From NCBI GenBank assembly GCA_951406725.2, contig OX597818.1:6076001-6140000 (forward strand): a stretch of 64,000 bases of DNA, in the 5' to 3' direction. This document shows positions 12,701 through 24,899 of the stretch, one piece after another. Within the stretch, counting starts at the first letter, position 1. The number at the start of each line of letters is the position of its first letter. The position numbers were made by a program, and so were the translations under genes. The notes beneath the pieces were generated by a model. That model was not told where the DNA came from. It worked only from the letters and a program-made list of their open reading frames with translations, and did not search any database. Source of the stretch: Octopus vulgaris (taxonomy: Eukaryota).

Positions 12701-13196
12701 TTCAGACTAAACATTCTTATATTGTTTCGGAATGTTTTCACTTCATGAATTATGTTAGTACTCTTCCAGTTCACTTTTTTTCCTTTAATGCCTTATATAT
12801 TCTACTGGAGCATAGAAATAAATATTTAAGCCGAATGGTACATATTCGTTTCGGTTTGTTCTGCGTAATCTATAATTTACTATTCTTCTTTTGTGTCGCG
12901 AAGCCTATTTTCATAAGGCACATTATTATTATGCTGTTAAAGTTTGCTATATTTGAAATACATTGGTCCATTTTTGGGGGGATGGGGGGCAATTCAAGAA
13001 ACCTTGCAAGATATACGACTTGTTATTTGTGATATTAGAAAAGGTAAGGATTGCGTAGCATATTATATGGCGCCTTACTAAAATCATTAACGCTTTTCAA
13101 TTATAAAGACGTTCTTCGATAATTAAGAGGAATATCTAATTATTAACAACAACAACAACAACTATTACAAGTAGAAGTAGTAGTGGAGTAGTGGTG

Positions 13197-13263
<67 letters not shown>

Positions 13264-14367
13264 CAGTACTGGTCTATCGGTAGCTATAGTTAATTTGCAG
13301 AACACTCTTAGCATAGTCGCGGGCAGCTGTACATGCCTTGCTTATGAGAGTGTCGATATTTTTGAAAATATCTATGAAAGCCTCCACCTAGCGTTTGCGA
13401 TTTAAGGTTGGATTAATTATCAGCAAGCCTTTGCCAGCTTACATACGCTAGTTATTATGACAGCACAATATCAGATTTTTGTTACAAGAATTGTTTTGTA
13501 GAACCGGTACAATATTCAAACAAATAACTTTTAAATAATATTTATTTCTCCAATTTTTCTGACACTGACCGTACATAATAAATTATTATTTTATAGAATT
13601 GATGGAGTGTTGAAGAAATCATCTTCTGTTAATGAAATAAGGATACATATTTTCAGATTTAATATTCATCTACCATCGCGTTTGCCTCTCATGCATTCAG
13701 TTTCAATAAGATTTACATTGGACGGGCTATAATCGATTAATACCTCACCCCACAATAATTATCATTGGCAATTTCAGTTTTTATATTGTTTCATTACCAC
13801 AATGAAATATTATTGCACAACACAAACATATTTCTTCACTTACTACATTCAAGCATAACACGTTTCAGATGAGTGCCACAGAACGCTTGGCAACAGATGA
13901 CAAAGGCAGTAGCCATATTTGCTTATGAACCTAACCCAAAGAGATAGTTTAGTCAGCTAACCGTATGATATGTTTTTTTTTAGTTTTCTGACGGGGTATT
14001 TATGAGAATAGCATATGAATTCATGCGACTCCAGTTTCTCTCAATTTCCTTGAATATAAGCAATAGCGAGGTGTATATTAGTGTTGAGTAAACACATGTA
14101 AAATGAAATGTGTTTCAGCCATGAAGTTCTCCCATTTTCATCAAAATTATTATAACTTAAGCAGTGAGAATTGTTAATTAAGAAGGCATGATCTGTCTAT
14201 TGATTGTGAGAGTACGAGCTGTCGTCTCATCTTCACTTCTCCGTTAGATTACTGAAGTATAATCTTTTTATGCCAAATTCATAATTTATCTTATCATTAA
14301 TAACTGATCCTCCTGTTTGCTTTATCCAAAGCCAGAAGCTTTCCAGCCCGCCTCGCCTATATTGATG

Positions 14368-14547
<180 letters not shown>

Positions 14548-14611
14548 ATTGATCGATCGATCTATAGATAAACAGGTATGTATGCGTGGCTGTGTAGTAA
14601 GAAGCTTGCTT

Positions 14612-16400
14612 CTGCGCATGCGTGTTGGGTCCGCTTCATGCAGCTGAACAAGGAAGTCGTGAGTTTTTTTTAGCTCCGTCTTGTGAAGAATGGTGAAACC
14701 GTCGAGTGTTGTCTGTTTTTTTTGTTGTTTGGTTTTGTTGTTATGGCGTTTCTTGGACGCCATAACAAGCTGGAATTTCTTGAAAATTTATCTAAACATT
14801 GGTTTTATTTGAAGAATTCTAAAGCTACTGCATGGAGTTGGGCCTGGAGTACCCTGCGTGGCCTGAAGATTTTTAGCTGCGTTGAACTGTTGTTTTTTGT
14901 GTATACTTCATTTTTGGACTTTTTCCCGTTTTTCTGCTTGAACTGTTTTCTCTTTTCTTTTCTGTTTGGGGCCTTTTGTTGCTTGTTTTCTTTGCCTTAT
15001 TTTATGGATTTTTTTTAGAACTTTATATAATTTATTTACAACAAGGCAAAGAAAATGGAACCACTGGCTTGGATTGGGAGGTTGTCCCGCCAAAGCAGTG
15101 CCTGAAAAACTTCGAAAAAAGAACGGTGGTGCTGAGGACCTATTCTAGGTAACTTGCCACCATCGTTCAATTTAACAAGGAAATCATTGAGAAAAAGTTG
15201 GCAGACTACCTGCCAACTGTAAAAATTATCACTCGGGGAGACCAAATTTGCAACAGTCTGGTTGCTGTTTGCTACTCCCGAGGAAATTAGTAAAATTTGC
15301 CAGCAAGCCCCCTGAGGGGAACGAGATTTTGTTTCTCCCCACTTATTATGGGAGGAAGATAAGAAGAGCCTGGGTGTGCGGGCTGCACTCAGGCACGGAG
15401 GCGGGATGGATCGAGGATACCATCCGGCGAGGCCTGGGGGATAGCGGGCCCAGGCTATTGAGTGTAAATATACATCCTGCGGCCGACTGGGAGGGGGCAA
15501 AAGCAACTTTGACCCTGTGGATACCGGTGGCCGTGGGAGATATGATATTCCCAGACTTCCTAAAAATGGCAGTGTAACCGGTGATACTTGAGGACCGCCT
15601 CCCCCAAGTGTCACCTGACCATATTAGGAAGAACTGCCCCCAGGGGCGTGGTAAGGCCCTGGAGCAGAAAAAAGAAAAGGTGACCCCCCATTGGAGAGGA
15701 AGACGGTGGAAGTGGTGGTGGAAGTTGCCTTGCTCACCAAAGAATATACAGGCGGCGCAGGCGGTGGAGGAAGATAGTGATCCCCCGCGTCTGCGGACGC
15801 TGCCCCCTGTTCCCGCAGCCTCTAAGAGAAAGAGGAAAAAGAAGAGCAGGGGACAGTCGGTGGATGGCCCTGTGCCGCCGACTGAAGTGCCAGCGGAGTG
15901 CGCACCGCTGGCACGAGAGACTCCGTCAGTGAGAACTGTGTCACTGACGGAGCAGACAGGTCCCTTCTCAATCGGAAGAGGAGCTTATCCTATTTTACCA
16001 TGAGGGGGGTGGGCGTGGATGTGTTCTTGGAAGGTTTGTGCGACCAGGAACGTAGATTCTCGACATGCACATTCAATCAACAGTGGACACAGCAGATAGC
16101 TGCTGAGGTCATAAATAGAGAAAAGTTGATGTAGTCATGGGGACCTTCTCAATAGATAGTTATACCTTCCTAGTAGAGGACTCCGCCCCAACGATGCAGG
16201 CTTGTCTGATGTCGGCGGGGTATTTGTGTAGGGATTCGGACGAGGATTATTTTTTGTGATTAATTTTTGTAATTGAATAGCATTGATGTATATTGATATA
16301 TTGTAAATTATTATATATTGTTAAGAAAGTGTGATTTCGAGGGGTGTTCGGTTGGCGGGCACCGAATACCCCTCCCATTTTTTACATTCATACATATCAT
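14612..16400 (+). mobile_element. Internally deleted L1/Tx1-like element (5' UTR, decayed ORF1, 3' end)
   Basis: GC-rich island; broken ORF1-like frame from ~15055 (FLPTYYGRKIRRAWVCG...VILEDRLP...HIRKNCP half zinc knuckle, then basic KRKRKKK tract); T-rich leader and trailer; clade assignment is inference. Confidence 0.5.
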
Positions 16401-16469
16401 TCCTCATCTCATTAATGTCCAGCCCACATTGCTTCTCTGTACTGCCCTTGTCGCAAATTTAATGAAATA

Positions 16470-16602
16470 GAGAAGATTGCTCTCAGACCACATGGCTTCA
16501 GTTCCACTGCGTGGCACATTGCGTGCATCTCTTCTATATCCTCGGGTCCACAAATACTTTGTGAATAGCTTTGTAGACGGAAAGTGAAAGAAGCATGTCG
16601 TA
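16470..16602 (+). mobile_element. Degenerate tRNA-derived SINE 5' part
   Basis: accacatgg...ttcagttccactgcgtggcac...gtagacggaaagtgaaagaagc; homologous to 38700-38860. Confidence 0.65.
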
Positions 16603-16604
16603 TA

Positions 16605-17990
16605 TCTATAATATAAACCCCGTTCTGTGTGCGTATGTGTTTGTGTTTGTATTTTTAACTGATTTTCTCCCAAACTGGGACGATATATTACTTATGTTTC
16701 AGAGATGGTTTTAGACTCTTCATAGCGTTAAATTTGCCTACAAATTATTATTATTTTTTTTTACGGAATTACTGATAAAAGAAATTTCATAATTTACTGA
16801 CAGAAATAACTTCAAAAATTTCACTTAAATACGTAAATTTCCCTATAAAATTTTATTTACATATGCAACGGGTTTGTATTTTTCAGTTGTTGACGGATCT
16901 TTTCTGGTTCCGTCGATACTTGGCTCTTTGGTTCATTTAGTGACAAATTTCGCTCCAACCCGTACAATTCTTATTATCTCAAAACTTTCTTATTTACGTT
17001 CTGTCCGTCGTATTAAGAAATATAATTTCCGTTCACTGTTTACTATCTTCTGCACCCGTGTATTTCTGTGTAAATATATAACTATCCCTAGAAGGAAAAT
17101 GTCAAATTTATCTATAATATCAAAGTCAGCCAAATGAATCTTTGTCCAGGGAAAGAGAGACAGCTGTAGAAAGGGAAGCATACAAATAAGTGAACAGTCT
17201 CTGCACCACAAAAGACAGAGCATCTCAAAGTTATGAACTGAGGTATGCATGGTTGACAAGGAATAGGATCCGCATTGCAGAACGAAGAGAAGTTGCAGCA
17301 GCTTAGAGATGCAACTTCTATGAAGCAGCTTTCAATTTTAAACCAGCAGATGATTATGCAGATGACACTAGAGTTTCCAATCTTGCAATGACAACTGAGT
17401 GCATACATTATAAAGCAAGAAAGTGGCCTGGAGAGACACCTGCACTGTGCTACAGTGGTGGAAAGGTTAAACTCCCTGCAATTTGTCAGCCGCCGGAGCC
17501 ATTAAAGAAACTGTTATCATCAACTGAGCAAGATTATATGCACTTCCAAAACAAATTTAAGCAATACGACGCTGCACTACAGATAGCATCATTTGAGCAA
17601 CAGTAGATTTAACTGAGCATGATACATGAAAACTTTCAAGATCCAAGGTCAGATTTATCATTGGATTGGCTCTCTACTGCCTTTGTCAAATGAATCATCA
17701 AAAATCGACCTTTTATTGTTTATAATCTCATGCTGTTTTTTGGTTACGAAATAAGCTACACAAAACGTGATTTTGAATTACGTGTATTTATTCTATATAC
17801 ATATATGAGTTGCAAACTGTCATTTAACATTTCACTTAACGTCTATGTTCCATGCTAGCATGGTTTGGAGTGTTATTAATGTAGAATGTTGGCATTTCAT
17901 CTACTAGCAATTGAGACTTGCGTAATTTAGACGGCGCTTTTAAATTTCTTTATTCTACTTAACCCGGCAAACTCCGGGTATATCTGCTAG
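16605..17990 (+). mobile_element. Internally deleted Helitron
   Basis: 5' TC start and 3' CCCGG/CCGGG hairpin plus CTAG, inserted between A and T; Rep N-terminal remnant CIHYKARKWPGETPALCYSGGKVKLP...PPEPLKKLL...TFKIQGQIYHWIGSLLP at 17395-17683. Confidence 0.88.
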
Positions 17991-18089
17991 TATAAATATG
18001 TATCTTTTTACTATAAATATCTTTTTACGGACATTAGACTGCCGCCCTACTGGGGCACCGCTATGAGGAATTTTAGTCGAGCTAGTATA

Positions 18090-18146
<57 letters not shown>

Positions 18147-18299
18147 GAGTGTATTTTACCTTGTTAACAATTAACACGGAAAATAAATAAATAGTTACCA
18201 GGGCAGCAAAAATCTCGCAATAGTATCAGTGGAATTTTCGAAACATGTGTCGAAAGTAAAAATATTTGATTACACCTGCGTTAACTCCATTTTTTATAC

Positions 18300-18372
<73 letters not shown>

Positions 18373-19689
18373 TGTGTGCGTGTGTGTATGTGTATATGTG
18401 TGTGTGAGTGTGTGTGTGTGTGTATGTGCGTGTGTATTTTACAAATATTGAATATTCGCATACATGGATAGTAAAGGTGTCATCGTGTAAACCAGTTACG
18501 CTCATCGTGATGCATGTAAATATCACTATCATTGACATTGTAAGCTCTCTTCTACATTGTAAATCACGAAATCATGTTTCTCATCTATCAGAAAATGAAG
18601 AGTCATGATCTTAACGAAAATTCAATTAAAGGGATATACAGCAATTGACTGCTTGTGTGTGTGCTTTCATGCGCGCGTGTGCATTGGCTATGAAGTTGAT
18701 GAGATTATGATGATATGGAAACTGCAAGTTACGCAAAAGGTTTCCATGGAATATAGAGTAAAAGCATAAGAGAGCATGAATCTAGAGCAAAATAAAACAC
18801 ATGAAAGACAAGTGTGTCAGAGGTTGTGCATTATTAGTAAAGGCTGTAGTTAGTTTTACTATCGTTCCAGGAGAGAACGAATGCTGAATTTGGCTGAGAG
18901 AAGATTATGCTGGAAGATGATATTGAAGAAGGGTGAGTAGCATATCAACAGAATTATTGAGAATTGAAAAGGATAAAAAATTAACATATGTACTTAAAAT
19001 ATATGACTATAGCTGTTCGATATAAACTTATAATTCAGCAATGCTCGGCACTTGGACGGTGCAAAACAGTTTCGTAGCTCTACACGCAACGCGGATAGGT
19101 TCGGCTGATAGTACTTCTGTGCTTGTCGAGGTGAACTCGAAATGGCAATGTTCACGGTGGTACTGCTAAGCCAACGATTTCCTGAAATTAACTATAGGGC
19201 CGAGTTGAAATTCCTTCTGAAATTCAGTTAATTATTGTGGACAATCAGATTTCGTTGTTTTTCCCTGCCACTGCTACCCTGTAGAACGTCATGTGGAACT
19301 TCCAACGACTACATTAGGTTAATGACTGTGGACGGTGAGAACATGTCGATATTGCAGATGCCATGCGCCGTGCCTTGCTCTTGCTTTCTCAAGGATTGAA
19401 GATGTGTTAAATATACAATTTTTGGCAATGTGAGTTTGGCAAGTATGATAGCCGAGGAAATGCGGGATAAATCACACATCGGAAGATAATCAGCCACGGC
19501 GTGGCCAAACCTCCACTCTGCGCATATGCACTGCAAATTGAGGGCATAACTAGCAGAATGCGTCCCGGAAAATCGAAGAGTGAATGTTGGAAGCCAGGCA
19601 GACTGAATTTGAGCACGACAATTGTTCGAGCTGTCATATAAGACAGAGGCAACGTATCCGTTTGCTATATCAAGCAGACCTACAACGAA

Positions 19690-19960
19690 TAGGTATCTAT
19701 ATAAAAAGGGATGTCAAAAGCATCTAGATAATACCCCAGGAGATGGATGTCTCAGTGAAATACAAAAGATCGTGCTGACAATTATAGTCCACTTCGAAAA
19801 AGCCTATCTATTGAAGTGTCTCTGTTGTATTACATGAATATATTTCGCTACAGCCCCTGCTACATTCCCTCCCCAAGCTTTCAGTCATGTTGTAATTTCT
19901 CTTATCCTTCACTCGCCCTAGGACGCTAGGAGCATCACGGCAAGTGATTGTATGAAAAAT
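19690..19960 (+). mobile_element. Degenerate 3' end of RLE LINE
   Basis: IKKGCQKHLDNTPGDGCLSEIQKIVLT-like frame followed by UTR and (TAA)n. Confidence 0.6.
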
Positions 19961-20005
19961 TCATATTAAAACTAAATAATAATAAAAATAAAAATAAAAA
20001 TAATG

Positions 20006-20067
<62 letters not shown>

Positions 20068-20797
20068 GGCTTATTAACCCGGAACTACCAAGCCAATGTG
20101 ATAAAAAAATGGAGCTGATCCAAAATGCCAATTCTGTAGCGATGAGAATGAAACAATAGACCACCTAATCTCAGCGTGTAGAGACTTGACAGAGTCGGCA
20201 TCATAAAATCAAAACGCTGACAAATGGCATAAACACCATCCTGAAGTTGTGACTGAGAGAGAAAATGTGTCGATTCTATGGGACTTACCCGTACATACCG
20301 AAAAAATTATAAAAGCTAATAAACCGGATATTATCATAAAAGATCAGACAAAAATGCTGTGTTTATTAATTGACATGAGTATTCCTCGCGATCACAATAT
20401 AGCGGCGAAAGAATTTGACAGGATTAGTAAATATAAAGACCTGCCAATAGAAATTGAAAAAAATGTGGCATCTCAAGGCGACTACAGTACCAGTAGGATC
20501 TCTAGGAATGATAAAAAAAGGTACTGAAACCTATTTGAAAATGATACCACGCTTACCATTCCTACAGGAAGTGCAAAAAATCGTGTTAACAGGAACGGCG
20601 CATGTACTGAAAAGAGCATTATCGCTGTGAAAACAACATCCATTCATGAATATATTTATTCATTAATTTTTTAAATACATATTTTACCTATGAATTTGCG
20701 TGTGTAATCTGGGAATGCATACAATGAGCTTCTCTGCCCTATGTGTACGGAAAACACTCGGCGAGAAACGGAAGAAAATATGAAGAAAGAAGGAAAA
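20068..20797 (+). mobile_element. 3' fragment of R4/Dong-like RLE LINE
   Basis: DPKCQFC...ETIDHLISAC (CCHC), ILWDLPVHTEKIIKANKPDIIIKD, LIDMSIP, KYKDL; between two (TAA)n tracts. Confidence 0.85.
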
Positions 20798-20964
20798 ATA
20801 ATAATAATAATAATAATAAAAATAATAATAATAATGATAATAATAATAATAACAATAATGATAATAATAATAACAATAACAATAATAATAATAATAACAA
20901 TAACAATAAAAATAACAATAATAACAATAATAATAATAATAATAACAATAACAATAACAATAAC

Positions 20965-21053
<89 letters not shown>

Positions 21054-21112
21054 TGATAATGATAATAATAATAATAATAATGATGATAATAATAATAATA
21101 ATAATAATGATG

Positions 21113-21149
<37 letters not shown>

Positions 21150-21181
21150 TAATAATGATAATAATGATGATAATGATAATA

Positions 21182-21252
<71 letters not shown>
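20797..21252. repeat. 456 bp compound (AAT)/(AAC)/(GAT) microsatellite
   Basis: Directly visible. Confidence 0.95.
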
Positions 21253-21730
21253 AAATGTCCTGATGCAGTACCAGACAGTGACTCTCATGGCTTCTGATCG
21301 TAACGGATTGGAAGTTTTATCATGTACATTGTTTTGTCTTAGTATAAAAGATGGGCTACAGCAAATATTCTGCTCAATACCACAGATTTGCTTGTCAGTT
21401 GTTTGACCTTAACCAGTTGAACATGTCCCTTTGTGACTGACGATATGTGCATCTCTGCTCATGAGCAGATGTAGTGGGGGAGCATCATAGCCATGTGTTG
21501 AGAGGGATACTTTGGGGTTTGGAAACATGGGTGTTTCTTTCATCGTCCTTAAACAGTCCTTATTCAGGGACATTTTGAGCGGGATGGGTTACTCGACAAT
21601 AAGAAACTTGGCCCCACCTGCAAGGTCATGTGCTCTTTATCTTGATATGAGATCACCATGTTGCGCACATATGGTTGTGATGCATGTGCCTAGTGTGCCC
21701 TTATCAGACAGGTAGCCATGATGGGTATGC
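21253..21730 (+). mobile_element. Third copy of TAA-associated non-coding repeat, 3' truncated
   Basis: Begins aatgtcctgatgcagtaccag...; reverse complement of 3085-3562. Confidence 0.75.
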
Positions 21731-21739
21731 TAGCAAAAA

Positions 21740-21777
21740 CTGTCCGATGAACGGTAACGGGAAACTCAGAGTAACAG
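21740..21777 (+). ncRNA. Degenerate type I hammerhead-like motif in Penelope-type end fragment
   Basis: CTGT-CCGATGA-ACGGTAACGG-GAA-ACTCAGAGT-A-ACAG; U4 to C change and mismatch at base of stem II. Confidence 0.5.
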
Positions 21778-21878
21778 GTTTGTTGAATTTTCTGCTGCTT
21801 TAAATAAAGCATATTACTGTACCACTGGTATTTGAGTACTCTTTTTTCCAACTAGTTTCACATTTATGTGTTTACTCC

Positions 21879-21932
<54 letters not shown>

Positions 21933-21982
21933 CAAGTTAAAATATTGGTCATTACATATAATTACTTTATTATACCAAATTA

Positions 21983-22094
21983 GGCCTACGGCTGTTTCCA
22001 GTTCTCCTTATAGATAAGTTTACTCAATTGATCTGTTGATCAATCGAAGTAAAAGCAAAGACATAAGAAAAATTATGATACATTCATCAGAACC
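21983..22094 (-). ncRNA. Type I hammerhead-like motif with long stem II
   Basis: Minus strand GGTT-CTGATGA-...TTTTTCTTATG...TATAAGGAGAA..-GAA-ACAGCCGT-A-GGCC; base of stem II disrupted. Confidence 0.55.
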
Positions 22095-24899
22095 ATTCCT
22101 GGGTATTTCCAGCAAGTCTCTGTTAAAGGTATCATTACGAGCTTCACATCAACCCCAAAGGACGCTAAATTAGCAGCTATAACAATTACACCATTCTTAC
22201 TATCATATAAACAATTACCCAAGTGAAACAACAATATATATGCAGTAGGAAAACTAGCAAACAAAGTCACAAATCCAACAAGTAACGGAAGTAAATCAAC
22301 ACCATATAAATAAAACAATTTCATCCCCAATAGAATACATACAACATATGGTAAGATACAAAAAAAGGCGAACTGATATCTTACACGGCACAAATACAAG
22401 GCAAGATTTTGAATAAACCTACAACTAAAGTCCAGGAGTTTCCGTAATGAGTAAAGATGTATACAAAATGAAAGGGGATCTTACCCAAATTTTGGGAACA
22501 CTATCATCATGGCTTTCACGGGTAAATTCAGGGTTATCGCAACAATATTCAGAGAAAGGACTTAGATACATCTAACTGTCCACAAGAAAATCATTCATTT
22601 AGGTGAGCCGCCTGCTTCTTTGCGTCATTCCAACCAACATAAAACCTTAAAAGTGAGTAGCATAGATGCATCTGACCTGGGGGTAATAGCTCAACTTTAT
22701 TGAAGCATATTTCAAAGCATATAACCTGCAAATATCCCAACTTGTTTCATGTATAAAGAATATCTGTTATGTGCAATTTTTACAACAAAACTCAATAAAC
22801 TTATGTCTCCTCGTCCCGTTGCGCGCTCTGTGTCTTTCAACCCCAGAGACTATGCAAACCACCATACATAGTTTCTTCGGGATTTTCCAATTGATAGTAT
22901 AGATTAAGAACAGCCGCATCAATGTGACAGTTATAGGAAGTTATATATAAGCTTTTTTCAAATCTCCTATTGAAAAGTAAACCATTTCAAAATACAATTT
23001 GTACCAACATTACCTCCAACGTTTCCCTTCAATTTACAGTTGCATTTTCACCCCTATAATCGTAGCTGTATTTGTTGTCCTATTTAAAATCATAAACGAT
23101 TTCCTTACCTTCTAAGAGGAAATATTTCCCACATGCGTGTGCGTATGTGGCTGTATATATATGTCAATTTATACATGTCTTGCAAACAACTTGCACATGC
23201 AAGTGCTACCAGTTAAAAGCTCCGTATATCGGAAGCTAGCAAGTGTATGGGGTCATCAGGAGAGAATGCGCGCCGTTTCGGGGCCTACCTCTCGACGGCA
23301 TCAATGTGCACCGGCCCCCCTCACTGATATGAGGCCCCGCTTGCTAGATCAGCTGGTTATGAAGAACTCAATATACCATATATTATGTGTTTACAAATGT
23401 ATATAATGCACGTGCATATACAACTTATCAAGTGAACAATCACATCATACTTATAAAGAAACTAAAGAAACGACAAGAATGAGAAAATTCTGCTACAGCA
23501 TCGGCTACACCTACAGCTAGGATACTTAAAATCAATATAAAATTAATCATTGTTACAAAATTGGGATAAAATATCAATGCAACATAAATCATTAGGAAAA
23601 CGGTATGTAATTACGTTGGATATGTATCACATAATAAGAGTCGGTAGGAACACTGGCTCTTGCGTATTTTCATTACTCAAATACAACTTCAGATGGCGTG
23701 CAGAAATTCTATTAAGTAAGATATTGCTCAGACAATCCTTAGATATAGAATGTATTTCTTGCATACAAGCAATAAATGAAATTGCAACATTTTTATGGTA
23801 GTATCGGCACAGCTAAGCAGCACACAGTAAACGTTCCTGTGGTGGATAAATTAAACAAAATATACTCCAACATGCAAAGCGACATAACGCATATAATAAT
23901 TCACACAAAAAAAATTTTGTCGGGGAAATAAATAACACAATTTGTTTGCATGCATATATGTATGCATGTATATTGTGTGTGTGTGTGTGTGTGTGTGAAA
24001 AATCGTTATTTGCACCGTGCACAGCGAGATCTGGAACAAATATCCACATGCTTATTCTTAAAACGTCTAGGCAGGTTGAGAAGCAGAATATGTTGATGGC
24101 TAGAGAGTACGTCATGGGAGACTAACTTCTCCTTTTTAAGAAGAGTGTTCAACACAGTTGGCTCACTTGCGTAGAACATTTTTGAACCCCGGGATTCTTA
24201 TATGTTAAAATCTATGATGTGTGCAATATAATTATGTCCCGAACGATACGCAACTTATACTATAATATGTTACTAAGTACATATAGGTTCGTCCTCACTT
24301 TTTACTCCCCATGTTCTTGAGTACCATACAAAACGACAGAATATAACATTCCCAGCAAATGCTGTTACCTAAACTATATTACAATAATTGTGAATAAGTG
24401 ATATGTTATATAAAAATAAATAAGAGTAGTACCGAGCGCTATACATAATGCGATATTAAGAAAACTACTACAACCCTATGAAATGCCGCACTCTAGCCTT
24501 CCCTTGTTCGTTATATTTAGATCTGTGCTGACAATGGTCTTTTGAAAATTATAGATCAGATCAGCTTAGGTTTCCCTCCCTCCTGCTCTCTTTCCATCAT
24601 ATGGTTTTCATGCCTGTATATTCCAATTAAAGTTAATCATTTCATGATACAGCCACGATATACTGTTTTCATTTTCGTATTACTATTATTTCCTTTAGTT
24701 TTTTACTCCTATTTCCTGGTTGGTGATTTGATCTACATATGCCACATGCAGAGCATTACGCAGACACGTTTCATGAAATTAGTTCAGGCCTTTTCACAAT
24801 CTTTTCTATAAATGTCATGAATTAATGACACAGAAATACATAGGCCTATATAACTGTAAAGTAAAATTATTTTATTTTAAATACTATTTTTTAAGAAAT

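Noticed and set aside
15036-15614. 192 aa minus-strand ORF
   Set aside because: Antisense shadow of the GC-rich ORF1-like region; no recognisable motif
18236-18258. GAAACATGTGTC half-hammerhead
   Set aside because: No upstream core strand found
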